A stretch of DNA of 63,042 nucleotides, counting the filler, from Intoshia linei (Eukaryota > Animalia > Orthonectida): assembly GCA_001642005.1 (NCBI GenBank). It is 5 parts of 5 records of this genome, joined end to end, with 100 filler letters (N's around TTAATTAATTAA, not from the genome) between each part and the next. Parts side by side here need not be neighbours in the genome. Positions count along the whole stretch, not along the records: positions 14,703 to 25,419 come from LWCA01001242.1; 4 more parts are not named here. One strand, written 5' to 3'. The notes beneath the pieces were generated by a model. It ran no database searches. It worked only from the letters and a program-made list of their open reading frames with translations, and was not told where the DNA came from. Positions 14,603 through 25,519 of the stretch are shown here, in pieces. The translations under genes and the position numbers were made by a program. Position 1 is the stretch's first letter. The number at the start of each line of letters is the position of its first letter.

Positions 14603-14702
14603 NNNNNNNNNNNNNNNNNNNNNNNNNNNNNNNNNNNNNNNNNNNNTTAATTAATTAANNNNNNNNNNNNNNNNNNNNNNNNNNNNNNNNNNNNNNNNNN
14701 NN
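14603..14702. other. Artificial contig spacer
   Basis: 100 bp of N with central TTAATTAATTAA (stops in all frames). Identical at 25420-25519, 33507-33606 and 43557-43656. Confidence 0.97.
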
Positions 14703-15710
14703 TTATAATAAAATTATTGTATAATACGTTTTTTGTCGTTTTCAGCTTAATTCTGTTACAATTAGCATGTTATTTAGTTTAATATTAATTAATTAATATT
14801 TTACATAATATAAATCTAAAAAACGTATTTTATAATAAAATTCTTGTATAATACGTTTTTTGTCGTTTTAAACTTAATTCCATCACAATTAGCACGTTAT
14901 TTACTTATTTGCACAAATAATACAGATTTTAATAAATATATTTGTAAAAATCATATCTTAAAAAAAAATTAATTTATTATACGTTGTTTTTTGTTTATAG
15001 TTTATTTCTGTTACAATTATCATGTTATATTCTTATTTACATTATTAATTACGTTTTACATAATATAAATTTAAAAAACGTAAATCATGATAAAATTGAT
15101 GTATATTACGTTGTTTGTCGTTTTCAGCTCAATTTTGTCACATTTAGCATGTTATTTACTTATGTACACGATTAATTTACATTGTACAAAATGTAAATTT
15201 AAAATTCGTATTTTATGAAAACATTGATGTATATTACGTTTTTTTTGTTTTTAGCTCAATTCTGTCACAATTAACACGTTATTTATACATTTGCACGAAT
15301 AATAAAGATTTTAATAAATATATTTGTAAAAATTGTATTATAAAAGGTAATTAAGTTATATTACGTTTTTTTTTGTTTTTAGGTCTATTCCGTCACAGTT
15401 GTCACGGTATTTATTCATTTACAATTAATAAAGTTTTTAAAAAATATACTATAAAAATCGTGTTTTAAGAAAAAATTGATGTATATTACGTTTTTACTTA
15501 TTTCTAGCCTAATTATATACAATTAGCATTTTATTTATTTTTTTACGAATAATAAAGATTTTTAAAAAAAATTGATGTATAATACGTTTTTATTTGTTTT
15601 TAGTTTAATTTTGTCACAATTAGCATGTTATTTACTTATTAGCACAAATTATATAGATTTTAAAAAATATACTTGTAAAAATCGTATTTTAAGAGAAATT
15701 TAATACACGT
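14703..15710. repeat. Tandem satellite, ~125-bp unit
   Basis: About 8 diverged copies of the core GTAT(A/T)ATACGTTTTT...AATTCTGTCACAATTAGCA(T/C)GTTATTTA, abutting the gap. Confidence 0.85.
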
Positions 15711-15779
15711 ATTTTAACAAATCTAATGAAAAATATAGGTTATTTATTTAAAAATTAATTATTATTTATTATTGATATA

Positions 15780-16335
15780 TTGATTACAATCTTTTGTAAT
15801 TTTGATAAAATTCGATTTAAATATGTATATAAAGTTAAGATTGGGTTAATTTTTGATACATAATTGTATTTTTAAGTATATATTAAAATGGTATATCATA
15901 TATATCATTACATTGAAAATGACAATATAAGTTTTATAATTATATTTATTTTGGAATATATGTTATATATGACAATTTTTTGATTGTATTATGTATATTT
16001 TGTTTTTAATATTGTACACACATTTTGTTTAATAAATAAAAAACATGGGATAACAATGTTGTTAAAAATTTTTTACTTAGATGTTAACAAACAAAAAATT
16101 AAGATTAAATCATATATTTTAAAGTAAAAAGTAAGGTGATATGATGTTATATTGTAAACAAATTTTGAAAAAATTTATTATTAATTATATATAATAGTGA
16201 ATAGTAATGATTTTATAGTTAAATTATTAATGTGAGTTGATTGTTTAAGTATAATTTATATTTGCTTTCGGCAGAGTTAGATTTTGTTTGTACGTAGTAC
16301 ATAACTGTCAACTTAGTATTATATAAGTAAGGACT
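15780..16335 (+). mobile_element. Helitron-like non-autonomous repeat, 3' portion
   Basis: Homologous to 33860-34265 and to the reverse complement of 62238-62690. Ends in the TGTACGTAGTACA hairpin followed by a (C/T)TAGT terminus. Confidence 0.6.
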
Positions 16336-17522
16336 GTTATTTTTATTTACATAATTATTAAAATTAAATTATATACACCTATTTAACAATACATTGCAGT
16401 TTTAGCATGAAAGGCATTTATTTTAATAGCAATAAAAGTGTTGTAGGTTAAAACTTACGAAGTAAATTGGTAGGGTTTAGGAAAAAAATTATGTCAAAAT
16501 CTAGTTTGAAAATTAATATTGTATTAATATTAATTTTTACATTTATTGATATACATTATATATGTGATATATAATATATACAAACTTTAGTTTGTTAAAT
16601 TAATATATATTCAAAATTTCAGTTTTAACCGATTTGGGGTATTTAAGCGTCTGACTGGAGAAGTTTTATTGTTAACCAATGAAAAATTTTTATTAGAACT
16701 TGATTTTTAGATAATTAATTATGTTTTCTATTGATAAATCTTTGTATTTTTCAAAATTCATTCCTACTGTATATGGAAAAACCCCATATTCAATATGAAT
16801 ATTATTTATTTTATTAGGTTATATGTAAATTTATATTGTCAATAATTAGTTGATGCGAGTTATCTGAAGTACAAAAATTATGTCAAAATATTTTTTTATT
16901 GTGCTCTACAAGACAATATAAAAATATTTTTGACTCAAAAAAAAAAAAATCTTTTTTTTCTTGTCTCTAGTGTTAATTAAAATGTAATGTGAAATGACTG
17001 GTTTATGGTGAAACAAGTTAGGCGACCATTTTTTTAAAGATTTTTTAATAATGAATAGTAGCATTTTATTTAATTGGTACATACCAGTAAGGTTAGTTTT
17101 TAATATTTTGAATAGTTTACATCAAATTAAATTGTATTTACCGAAATACACATTAAATTAGTTAATTAATTTAGGAAAACAAGAATAATTAATCAATATC
17201 ACTGAATTACTTTTAAATACTAAGTATTATAAAATACAATATTACATTTTAGCAAATATTCACATATCGATTGAAATATAAATATAATGTTTTAGACATC
17301 CGCCTATAATAATTAATATTAAAAGTATGCTATATAATTAATGCATATACTTAATTATATATATGTATCGATTTAAGTGTTCATATAATCATTTAACCTA
17401 CTTAATTTACGATTTATATTTAATAAATGTAATTGTTATAAATGAACATGTCAAGTTTGATTGATTGCGATTATTATATTAAATATAGATTTTCATTTTT
17501 TCGAATTTTTTTCATAATCAAG

Positions 17523-18220
17523 ATGCTATTATTTTATATTTATTTGTTTTGTGCAACGACAACTATTAACAGGTATAATATCAATTATATTTTTAATTTA
17601 TTGCTGTACGTTAAGTTTAAAAAATGCCATTATTATAGTAAACTAATACAGATAATATATTTTATATATTATAATTATTTTTTTAATATTATTAATTTAA
17701 GTTTTGGTTTTTTAGCATAATACTTTATATATAATTCAACAGTAAATATCTTAAAAATTAAACCTTTCAATATAAACTTATGCATGTTCTTAGTTATCCC
17801 ATCTTATGCTGGCTGGACGTACAACAAGGCAGTGTACAAATTAAGCAATGCCGTCCAATTCATGACAATCATATTGTCAACGAAAGAACCTTGGATTCAA
17901 TAAGTTCTACTTTACTAAAGAAAGAAATGGATTCAATAGGAAATAGTTTAATCAAAAGAAAGGATAGTGATGAAATAAAAAAACCTTTACGTCAGCGATC
18001 CTTTGATGCACTTGGTAATAGTTTAATCAAAAGAAATTGGAATGATAAAATTGAGCCAATAAGTCAGCGATCCTTTGATGCTCTTGGGAATAGTTTAATC
18101 AAAAGAAATTTTAATGATAAAATCGTGAGACCTTTAACCGAACGATCTTTTGACGCTCTAGGTAACAGTTTAATCAAACGAGCATTTGATATAATGAGTA
18201 GTGATCTGCTACAAAAATGA
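17523..18220 (+). CDS. Neuropeptide precursor, pedal-peptide/orcokinin-B-like
   Basis: Exon 17523-17572 (signal-peptide-like MLLFYIYLFCATTTINS) splices in phase (AG|T) to 17794-18220. Repeated peptides bounded by R, KK or KR: TLDSISSTLL, EMDSIGNSLI, SFDALGNSLI x3, AFDIMSSDLLQK. Confidence 0.88.
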
Positions 18221-18296
18221 ATATAATAAATTCGAAATCAAAGTTAGATATAAAATGTTTAATCATAATTAAAAAATAAATATTAAATCTTAAAGT

Positions 18297-21109
18297 TTAA
18301 ACATCATATGTTGTAATTTTATAGTGTTGGTCATCTACCGTAGTGAAGCAATGACCTTCAGATGCTAAATTTTCCATTGTATCCAAAATACTTTGATGAG
18401 ATTCAAGTGGAATCAAATTATATAATTCATTTATCGAAAGACCGCGAGCATTTGTGCATTTTTCTAAGCATTTAAGAACTTGTCGTGATAATGGAGTTAT
18501 ATTATCAGTTTCATTTCTAAATGAAGATTGGAAGGGTTCAATATCATTAGATTGGACATTACCCATTCGTAAAAATTTGTGAGCTACCATTATATGTGCC
18601 AAGTGACAAAATAACTGATTAATATCTGAAACCAATTTCATGCTATAACATGTAATAAAGGGAATAGAATCCTCATTCATTCTAATATTACCAATTACAC
18701 TTACATAACTTTTATTTTTAATCTTTTTCAAAACAGATAAATACTGTTGTGCCGAACAATCATCTCCTTTCAAGCTTTTTACACATAATGGAGATTGACT
18801 ACTGTGATCAATCAACTTATGCATTATCCAAGCCTCTTTGTCATCTACTTCTTCGATGTATCCAATAACTTTTACCTATAATTCAATGTATTCAATAATT
18901 AATAATATAAATGAATACTGATTTTAGATATTTAAATTCATAATTATACCATTACTAGGTTAACTGTTATATACTACGTACAAATAGCACTTAGCTCTGC
19001 CGAGGGCACATTTTTATTTTACCAAAAAAATAAATTCACGTTGAAAATCTAACTTAAAAATCCATTATTCAAATATACACATATACTTTGAATTAAAAGA
19101 TAATGTCAAATGACGGTCCGTGGTGAAACAATTTTACGAACCAGTCCTTTAAAGTATTGATAATAGTGAATAATAGCATTTTTAAGTGAGATTTTCTAAT
19201 TGAATTTATTTATTGGTAGAATTAAAAAATTCCGTCCTTGGCAGAGCTAGGTGCTGTTTGTACGTTGTAGATAACAGTCAACCTAATTACTTTATATAAG
19301 TAAGGATAGTGCCAAAAATCGAGAAAATAAAATCGAGTAAGAGTAGTATAAATAAAGCTTTAAAACGGTTACTTTTCAATTTAAATTTACAACAAAATAA
19401 TGGGTGATATAAAATGGTAATCAGAAATGTATGCGCTTTTGATCGAAAAAATTGCAATCTGTGAGGTTTTTCTGTATACTATTTATTATGGGGAATATAG
19501 ATTAGTAAATTTTTCCACCGCTAAAGAGTTCTTCCAATTTGTGAAACACATTAGTAAGCACCAAACAAATACAAAAATGTTTAATATTTTGTGCTATTTA
19601 CTTATGCACGAAATTTTTAGAATTGATTCCAAGTGCGATCCAATGGGAAAAAATTTGAGAAACACCGGATTACACAGATTTATCAATTTATAGATCCCAT
19701 CAAATAGTTCCAAAACACCCAGACTGGGAAATCTTAAGATAAATGATTCATCTTAATTGTAACATCAAATAGAACATCAAAAATCTTAACCTCGATATAT
19801 GGCAAAGACTATGAAATTTCTTAAAGAAAGTTAACAAAAAACGGATCTAAGCAAGACAAAAAATATTTTCATACATGACTCACAATCTTTGTAAACACAA
19901 GTTCGGTGAATACGGTTAACGTGTACCAAAAAACGATCGTGGTGTCGTTATCAGAAATACACCATCCATGATAAATACAGGGTGATTGGTAAGTAACGCC
20001 CAATTTTGATTTTAAAAACTTTGGGTTTGAACTCTTAAAATTTTTCCTATTAAATTTAAATACAATTGTATTTTGTTGGATTTTTTTCAGAAAACCACAA
20101 TAAAATTTTTGGTCAGATGAGGCCATTTTCAAACTGAATGACCATATTAACCGCCATAATTGTGTTTATTGGTCCGCTAACAATCCAAACATTGTCATAG
20201 AAAATGAACTAAACCTTCCAGGAGTTATGGTCTAGTGTGCAATCTCTTCATCAGGAATTATTGGACCTTTGTTTTTTGATACTACAGTAACTTCACAATC
20301 TTATATGGAAATGATGCAAGAAAAATTTTGGCCTCGTATACAACAGCAAGAAATAATGTTTCATCAAGATGGCGCCCCGGTCCACTATGGTAGTGTGGTG
20401 TGAGAATGGTTAAATGAAAAGTTTGGCGAAAGGTGGATTAGTCGTCGCGGTTTCATCGAATGGCCACCCAAATCTCCAAATCTTAGATCATATGACTTCT
20501 TCATATCGGGCTTTTTGAAGGATGGTGTCTACAGGAGGAACCCAAGAAGCATCGAAGAATTGAAAAACACAATCTCAACGGAGATTTTGAATCAATTCAG
20601 ATTTCAGCAATCGACACCAGTATTTGTCAAACGGTGTGCCGCTCGGTGACTGATCGTTTGCGACGTTGCCTGGTAGTTGAAGGTCGGCAGTTCGAGCATT
20701 TGAGTCGAACAGACTGAGGTTCGTTCTTGAAACTTTTCATTTATTCTTTGTTATTATTAAATACATTCTTAATCAATTATATTATACACTTGTATTCGTC
20801 TTTGTATTATTCGTCCTTGTATAACTTTCTTAAAATCTGAAATCTCACATTTTGCCGCATTATGTGGAATTTAAAATCGGGCGTTACTTACCTATCACCC
20901 TGTATTACCAAAAATAGTAAAATACATAATAAACATACCAAAAATACGCGATGCCCATCAATTGTAGTACCCATTTGCTCATCTTTAGTAGCTCGTAAAA
21001 CTTGAGAAACCGAACATGGAGATAGTGTGTTTGAGGTAACTGGAGGCTTTGTCTTTTGCTCCGTTTGAAAAAATCCACCTGTAGCAGTCTGATGTTCATA
21101 ATCTTGCAT
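18297..21109 (-). CDS. RPA2: Replication protein A 32-kDa subunit (exons 21109-20939 and 18875-18297, 249 aa)
   Basis: N-terminal GGFF and LSPCSVSQV. OB-fold VKVIGYI...YVSVIGNIR...CHLAHIMVAH. C-terminal winged helix GLSINEL...MENLASEGHCFTTVDDQHYK. Phase-0 intron. Confidence 0.95.
18955..19306. mobile_element. Foldback of two Helitron-like 3' ends inside the RPA2 intron
   Basis: TAGGTTAACTGTTATATACTACGTACAAATAGCACTTAGCTCTGCC at 18956 is the inverted copy of ...GGCAGAGCTAGGTGCTGTTTGTACGTTGTAGATAACAGTCAACCTA ending at 19285. Confidence 0.7.
19978..20902 (+). mobile_element. Internally deleted Tc1/mariner DD41D (rosa-type) transposon in the RPA2 intron
   Basis: TA-flanked TIRs CAGGGTGAT(T/A)GGTAAGTAACGC. 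Remnant transposase KIFWSDEA...FHQDGAPVH...WPPKSPNLRSYDFF with 41 residues between the second and third Asp and at least two stops. The N-terminal DNA-binding part is absent. Confidence 0.92.
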
Positions 21110-21569
21110 GATTATAATATAGTTGAGAATACAAATAAAATTATACAAATTTTAAATCCAGAGCAATTTAATAAGAAAGTTATTTTATTTTTTATAAAAA
21201 AACGCAGATATGGAAATATAAAATTAACTTCATAATGAAAGTTTTATTTAAAATTTAAATGTGTAAGCTTTGAAAACTAAGTATTAGTTTAACGTAGAAA
21301 ATTATTGAGAAACATATCAGTCTTTTAACATAAAACACAATTAGAAAATGAAATTTTTGACGGACACGGCACATGCAAAGATCTAATTGACATGTGTAAA
21401 TGATATAATGTAATGTGAAATAATTTCTAATTCTATAAAATTATAAATAAAGTTATCAGGTTATACAATTTTATATATTGAAAATGTGTCTTGTAATCGT
21501 AATCTTAATTTAGCGCAATATATAAATATATTTGAATAACAGGCTAACGTATGATTTTTTAAAAATTAA
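21110..21569. promoter_or_regulatory. Putative bidirectional promoter shared by RPA2 and RAD1
   Basis: 460 bp between divergent ATGs at 21109 (-) and 21570 (+), with no intervening gene. Confidence 0.6.
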
Positions 21570-22956
21570 ATGGAAAATATTATTAAAAAGTATAGTTTTT
21601 ATGCTTCTATCACAGATTCTAGGATAATTACTACTACATTAAAAGCAATAAATTTTGAAACGGTATTTTATTTATTTCTTTAACGTAGTCCTATAGCGTT
21701 TGGGTCGTGTCATGAAACGATAATTTGGGATGGTGTTCCAGAATTCTGGTTGTTCGTTTATACCGAATAATTTTCGTTTTGAGACGATTGATCATAATTC
21801 AAAAAATAAAATGATACAAATGTTTTAGAATGTCTAATATATTTTTAAATACTGAAACTTTGATTGTGTCATCTCTAAACTTTCACAATCACCACGGGAA
21901 AATATTGGATTCACCGATCCGTTAAAATTTTTTAGTCTTCATATTTATCTTTTTAAATCAGAGTTTTTTTATCAGGATGCTAGCCCTAGGGTACTAGAAT
22001 TAAATGGAAAGTATTTTAATAAGAAATTTTCAACAAAAATTGTCAGTATAAATATTAAAATGTCAGTAATAAAATTATTTTGTCAATATTCAATTACATA
22101 TTTGTCAGTATATAGTGTATAGTTAAGGATATACTGACAGTATGTTTAAAGTACTGACAAAATAATTTTTTTACTGCCCTTCCAATTTAAATACTGGCAC
22201 CTAAAACACTGACAATTTAATATTTTTACTGACAAACTATCTAAAATACTGACACTTTAATGATTAAAATACTGACGCGATAAATTCATGGGTACTAGAA
22301 AAACTATTTTTAATTTTGAAATTTTGAAACAAAAATTTTTTACGTTATCGATCAAATAAGTGAATTATATAAATTTAAAGTGAATTTAATCTTATCAAAT
22401 ACACAAATGTACTTATATGTTAATTTTTATTATTTATTGATGTTATTGATTATGTTGGATATGATTAGGAAGGTTTTTTAAAATGTCAATAAAATACGAT
22501 TTTTACTTTGATTTCTAATTATTTTTTTATTTTTAACAGGGGTACAGGAAATAATGAATCTAACGGGTGGTGCTAATTTAAAAAGGTTAAGAAACCCTGT
22601 TTTAAATTTTTGTGTATTAATCTAACTTATATATTGACTGGATAAGATTCAAATAGAATTAGATGAACACTGTTCATTATACACATGTAATTGTATAATC
22701 TCATGATATACGAATTTATTTATTTGAAAATACATTTATATTTCGAGTTTTTTATTAATGAAATCTATCAAATTAAAACGACATTTAAATTTCACTTTAG
22801 CAAGTAATAGGATTTGTTAGCAGTAGAGGTATAAAGTTTACTGTAGAAAAATCAAAATCCATGAAAATCAATGCGTTCATCGTCAAAGATATTTTCCAGG
22901 AATTTCATTTATTAAGTGATGATGTTACATTTCTCATGTCTCATCAAGTATTGGAG
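21570..22956 (+). CDS. RAD1: Checkpoint clamp (9-1-1) subunit RAD1, first two exons only
   Basis: Exon 21570-21662 MENIIKKYSFYASITDSRIITTTLKAINFET plus exon 22801-22956 QVIGFVSSRGIKFTVEKSKSMKINAFIVKDIFQEFHLLSDDVTF. These match the RAD1 motifs LKAIHF and GIKVTVE.AK..QANAFI...IFQEF. The remainder is not seen before the gap. Confidence 0.88.
21989..22300. repeat. Foldback array of TGTCAGTA / TACTGACA motifs in RAD1 intron 1
   Basis: About 4 TGTCA(G/A)TA copies followed by about 8 ACTGAC-like copies, bracketed by the direct repeat GGGTACTAGAA (21989 and 22290). Confidence 0.65.
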
Positions 22957-22961
22957 GTAAA

Positions 22962-23905
22962 TCCTAACTTATATAATATGCGACGCGATTTTTGTTTGTG
23001 TGTATCTGTGTGTCCTACTTTATTGAAATGACTAGCACTCTTAGAATTTTTTAAAGACCACATTTCAATTACAGTATTTTCCGGGACGTATAATAAGATA
23101 AATTTCAACCTCCCAATTTCACATCTTACGGTCAAACCCTGTTGTCTCTCTTTTTGAAGAGCAAACGAGTTGGAGAATTTAAAAAAATATAACAAGTTCT
23201 TCCTTTTTTTAAAATCAAACGAGTTGGAGAATTTAAAAAAATATATACGCTGATGCGAATTTTAAAATCATAAACATTATCATAAATTTTAAATAAAAAA
23301 ATATCTTCATGGCCAAAACCACAAATTCCCTTCCTTTTTTTTTGAAAACAGCCCTAGAATTTCAAAAAATTTACATGGTATAGAGTTGTATCATGTTACC
23401 ACACATAAAAAATTTCAATTTGAATAAGTGACGACTTCACGGTCAAAAAAGAATTTTAGTATTCATATTTTTTTTTTCCAAAATATTTTATTAAAACAAA
23501 AAATATGAAATAATTAACGGTCCGAAAATTTAAAAAAGATTACAGATTATTATGATAGAGCTTATTCCAGTTGATATAAATATAAAATTTTAACCCCAGA
23601 AATCTACGCATTCCCGGTGAAAAATAATTTTTAATATATTATTAACCAATATTTTTTAAATCGATTAAAATCAAAAATTGAAAATGTAAATATTGATCCT
23701 ACAATTTCAAAATAATGTGCATTGTACGTCTACACATTTCCAATGAAGACATATGTGTGAAAATATATAAAATTGATTTCTTCGGAATTTTTTTTATTGC
23801 TACGCAATTTTTAAATTTCAAATTTTCATTTTCCAAACATTTTTTATAATCTTCAAATTTTAACACTACAGCAACGAATTTATAAAATTAAATTTATATT
23901 AACTG
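22962..23905 (+). mobile_element. Helitron-like non-autonomous repeat, 5' portion
   Basis: Begins A|TCCTAAACTTATATAATATGCG, the same start as the copy at 41419. The body recurs at 30760-31220, 33607-33840, 43915-44320, and inverted at 38990-39350, 61555-62125 and 62750-63042. Confidence 0.65.
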
Positions 23906-23906
23906 A

Positions 23907-25419
23907 TTTTGGCAAATTCCAATAGCAATAGAAGACAGACCAAAAACAGCATTTGCAACCACTTACGGTAAACGTCTTTATTAATTTAAGCGCATGCCGT
24001 TTGGTTTGGTTAGATGGATGGACATGTCAACGCGCTATGGACAATCTTCTCGGTGACTTAAAAGACGTTACGTTATATTTGGACGACATAATAATCGCTT
24101 CCGTAAATCATATCGATCACATGAAAACACTAGGTCAAGTATTCGAACGCTTGGAGAAAGCTGGAATTACTCTTCAACCAGAAAAATATAAAATGGGGAA
24201 ACGGAAAATTAAAATATTGGGATATCTAATTAATGAAAAAGGTATGTTACCCGATCCAGAGAAAATAGAAAGCATTTTAAAAATCAAACCACCTAAAAAC
24301 AAAAGACAATTAAGATCGTTCTTGGGTATGTGCAACTACCATAGAGTGTTTATAGTAGATTATGCATCTCTTACTGCACCTTTAAATAATTTATTAAAAC
24401 TTCTCAAAATTATATGGAATGAGAAGTTCGATCAATATATGGAAAAATTAAAAACTGCTCTAACAAATGCTCCAATAATGTCGTTTCCCAACACTCAGGA
24501 ACCATATATACTCGAGACCGATGCGTCACATCAAGGTATGGGAGCAACCTTACGGCAAGGCAACCATATCATAGCATACTCAAATAAAACTTCTAATACA
24601 ACACAGGTACGATACAGCACCGTAGATAAAGAACTTTTGGCAATCGTCTGGGCTATCAATCAGTTTATATACTATCTTTATGGTCGTCATTTCACTGTAA
24701 TAACCGATCACAACCCTCTCGTCCACATTCGACAATCTAAAAACCCTACAAACCGTCAATTTCGGTGGATCGAAGGATTGGAACAATTTGATTTTACAAT
24801 TAACTACAGGCCCGGTCATTTAAACGACACAGCCGATATATTATCACGTCCTGAATTTACTAACGCTATTGTACAAAATGCTGACGTATTCAATTGGAAA
24901 CATGGCCAATCGAAAGATACAGATTGTATCGAAGCCGTAAAAATACTATCACTGAACAAAAAATTGCCTGAATCAAATAAATACTATAAATATGAAAACA
25001 AATTAAAGGCTGAAAATGGACTCCTCTATTATTCAAGACCCAACAAATTACTTCTAGTCATAGCCATGTCAGACAGATTAAATATTATCAACCATTATCA
25101 TCGATTTAACTTTTATTGTCACGCCGGCGTAACTAAAATTTATAATCTTATTCGATATTTATATTTCTGGTCTTATATGTACAAGAATCTCAAGGAAGCA
25201 AATTGCAAAATGCGACAATTTTAATACGTCGAAAATTCGTAACCACAGTAAAAATAAGCCTATGAAACCGGTGGCGACTACACACTTCGGTGAATTGTGG
25301 CAGATCGATATATTGGGACTATTGCCAATTTTAATTAACGGATATCAAAATATACAGTACTGTGAAACGGCTGAACAGAACCTTTCGCGAAAAACTAAGA
25401 ACCAGATGTCAAGAAGATT
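23907..25419 (+). mobile_element. Ty3/gypsy LTR retrotransposon pol remnant (RT-RNaseH-integrase)
   Basis: WQIP...KTAF...RMPFGL, YLDDII, LRSFLGMCNY, LETDAS..GMGA, YSTVDKELLAIV, TDHNPL, integrase H-H-C-C remnant and WQIDILG in gypsy order. Has a stop and frameshifts; cut by the gap. Confidence 0.95.
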
Positions 25420-25519
25420 NNNNNNNNNNNNNNNNNNNNNNNNNNNNNNNNNNNNNNNNNNNNTTAATTAATTAANNNNNNNNNNNNNNNNNNNNNNNNN
25501 NNNNNNNNNNNNNNNNNNN
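25420..25519. other. Artificial contig spacer
   Basis: N-run with TTAATTAATTAA. Confidence 0.97.

Noticed and set aside
19380-19975. Coding-like sequence in the RPA2 intron (ORF 19427-19693)
   Set aside because: Multiple stops and no recognisable domain; probably decayed TE.
22944-23195. Short ORFs within repeats (also 7328, 14984, 19869, 38996, 61513)
   Set aside because: They lie inside MITE, satellite, mariner or Helitron-like sequence.
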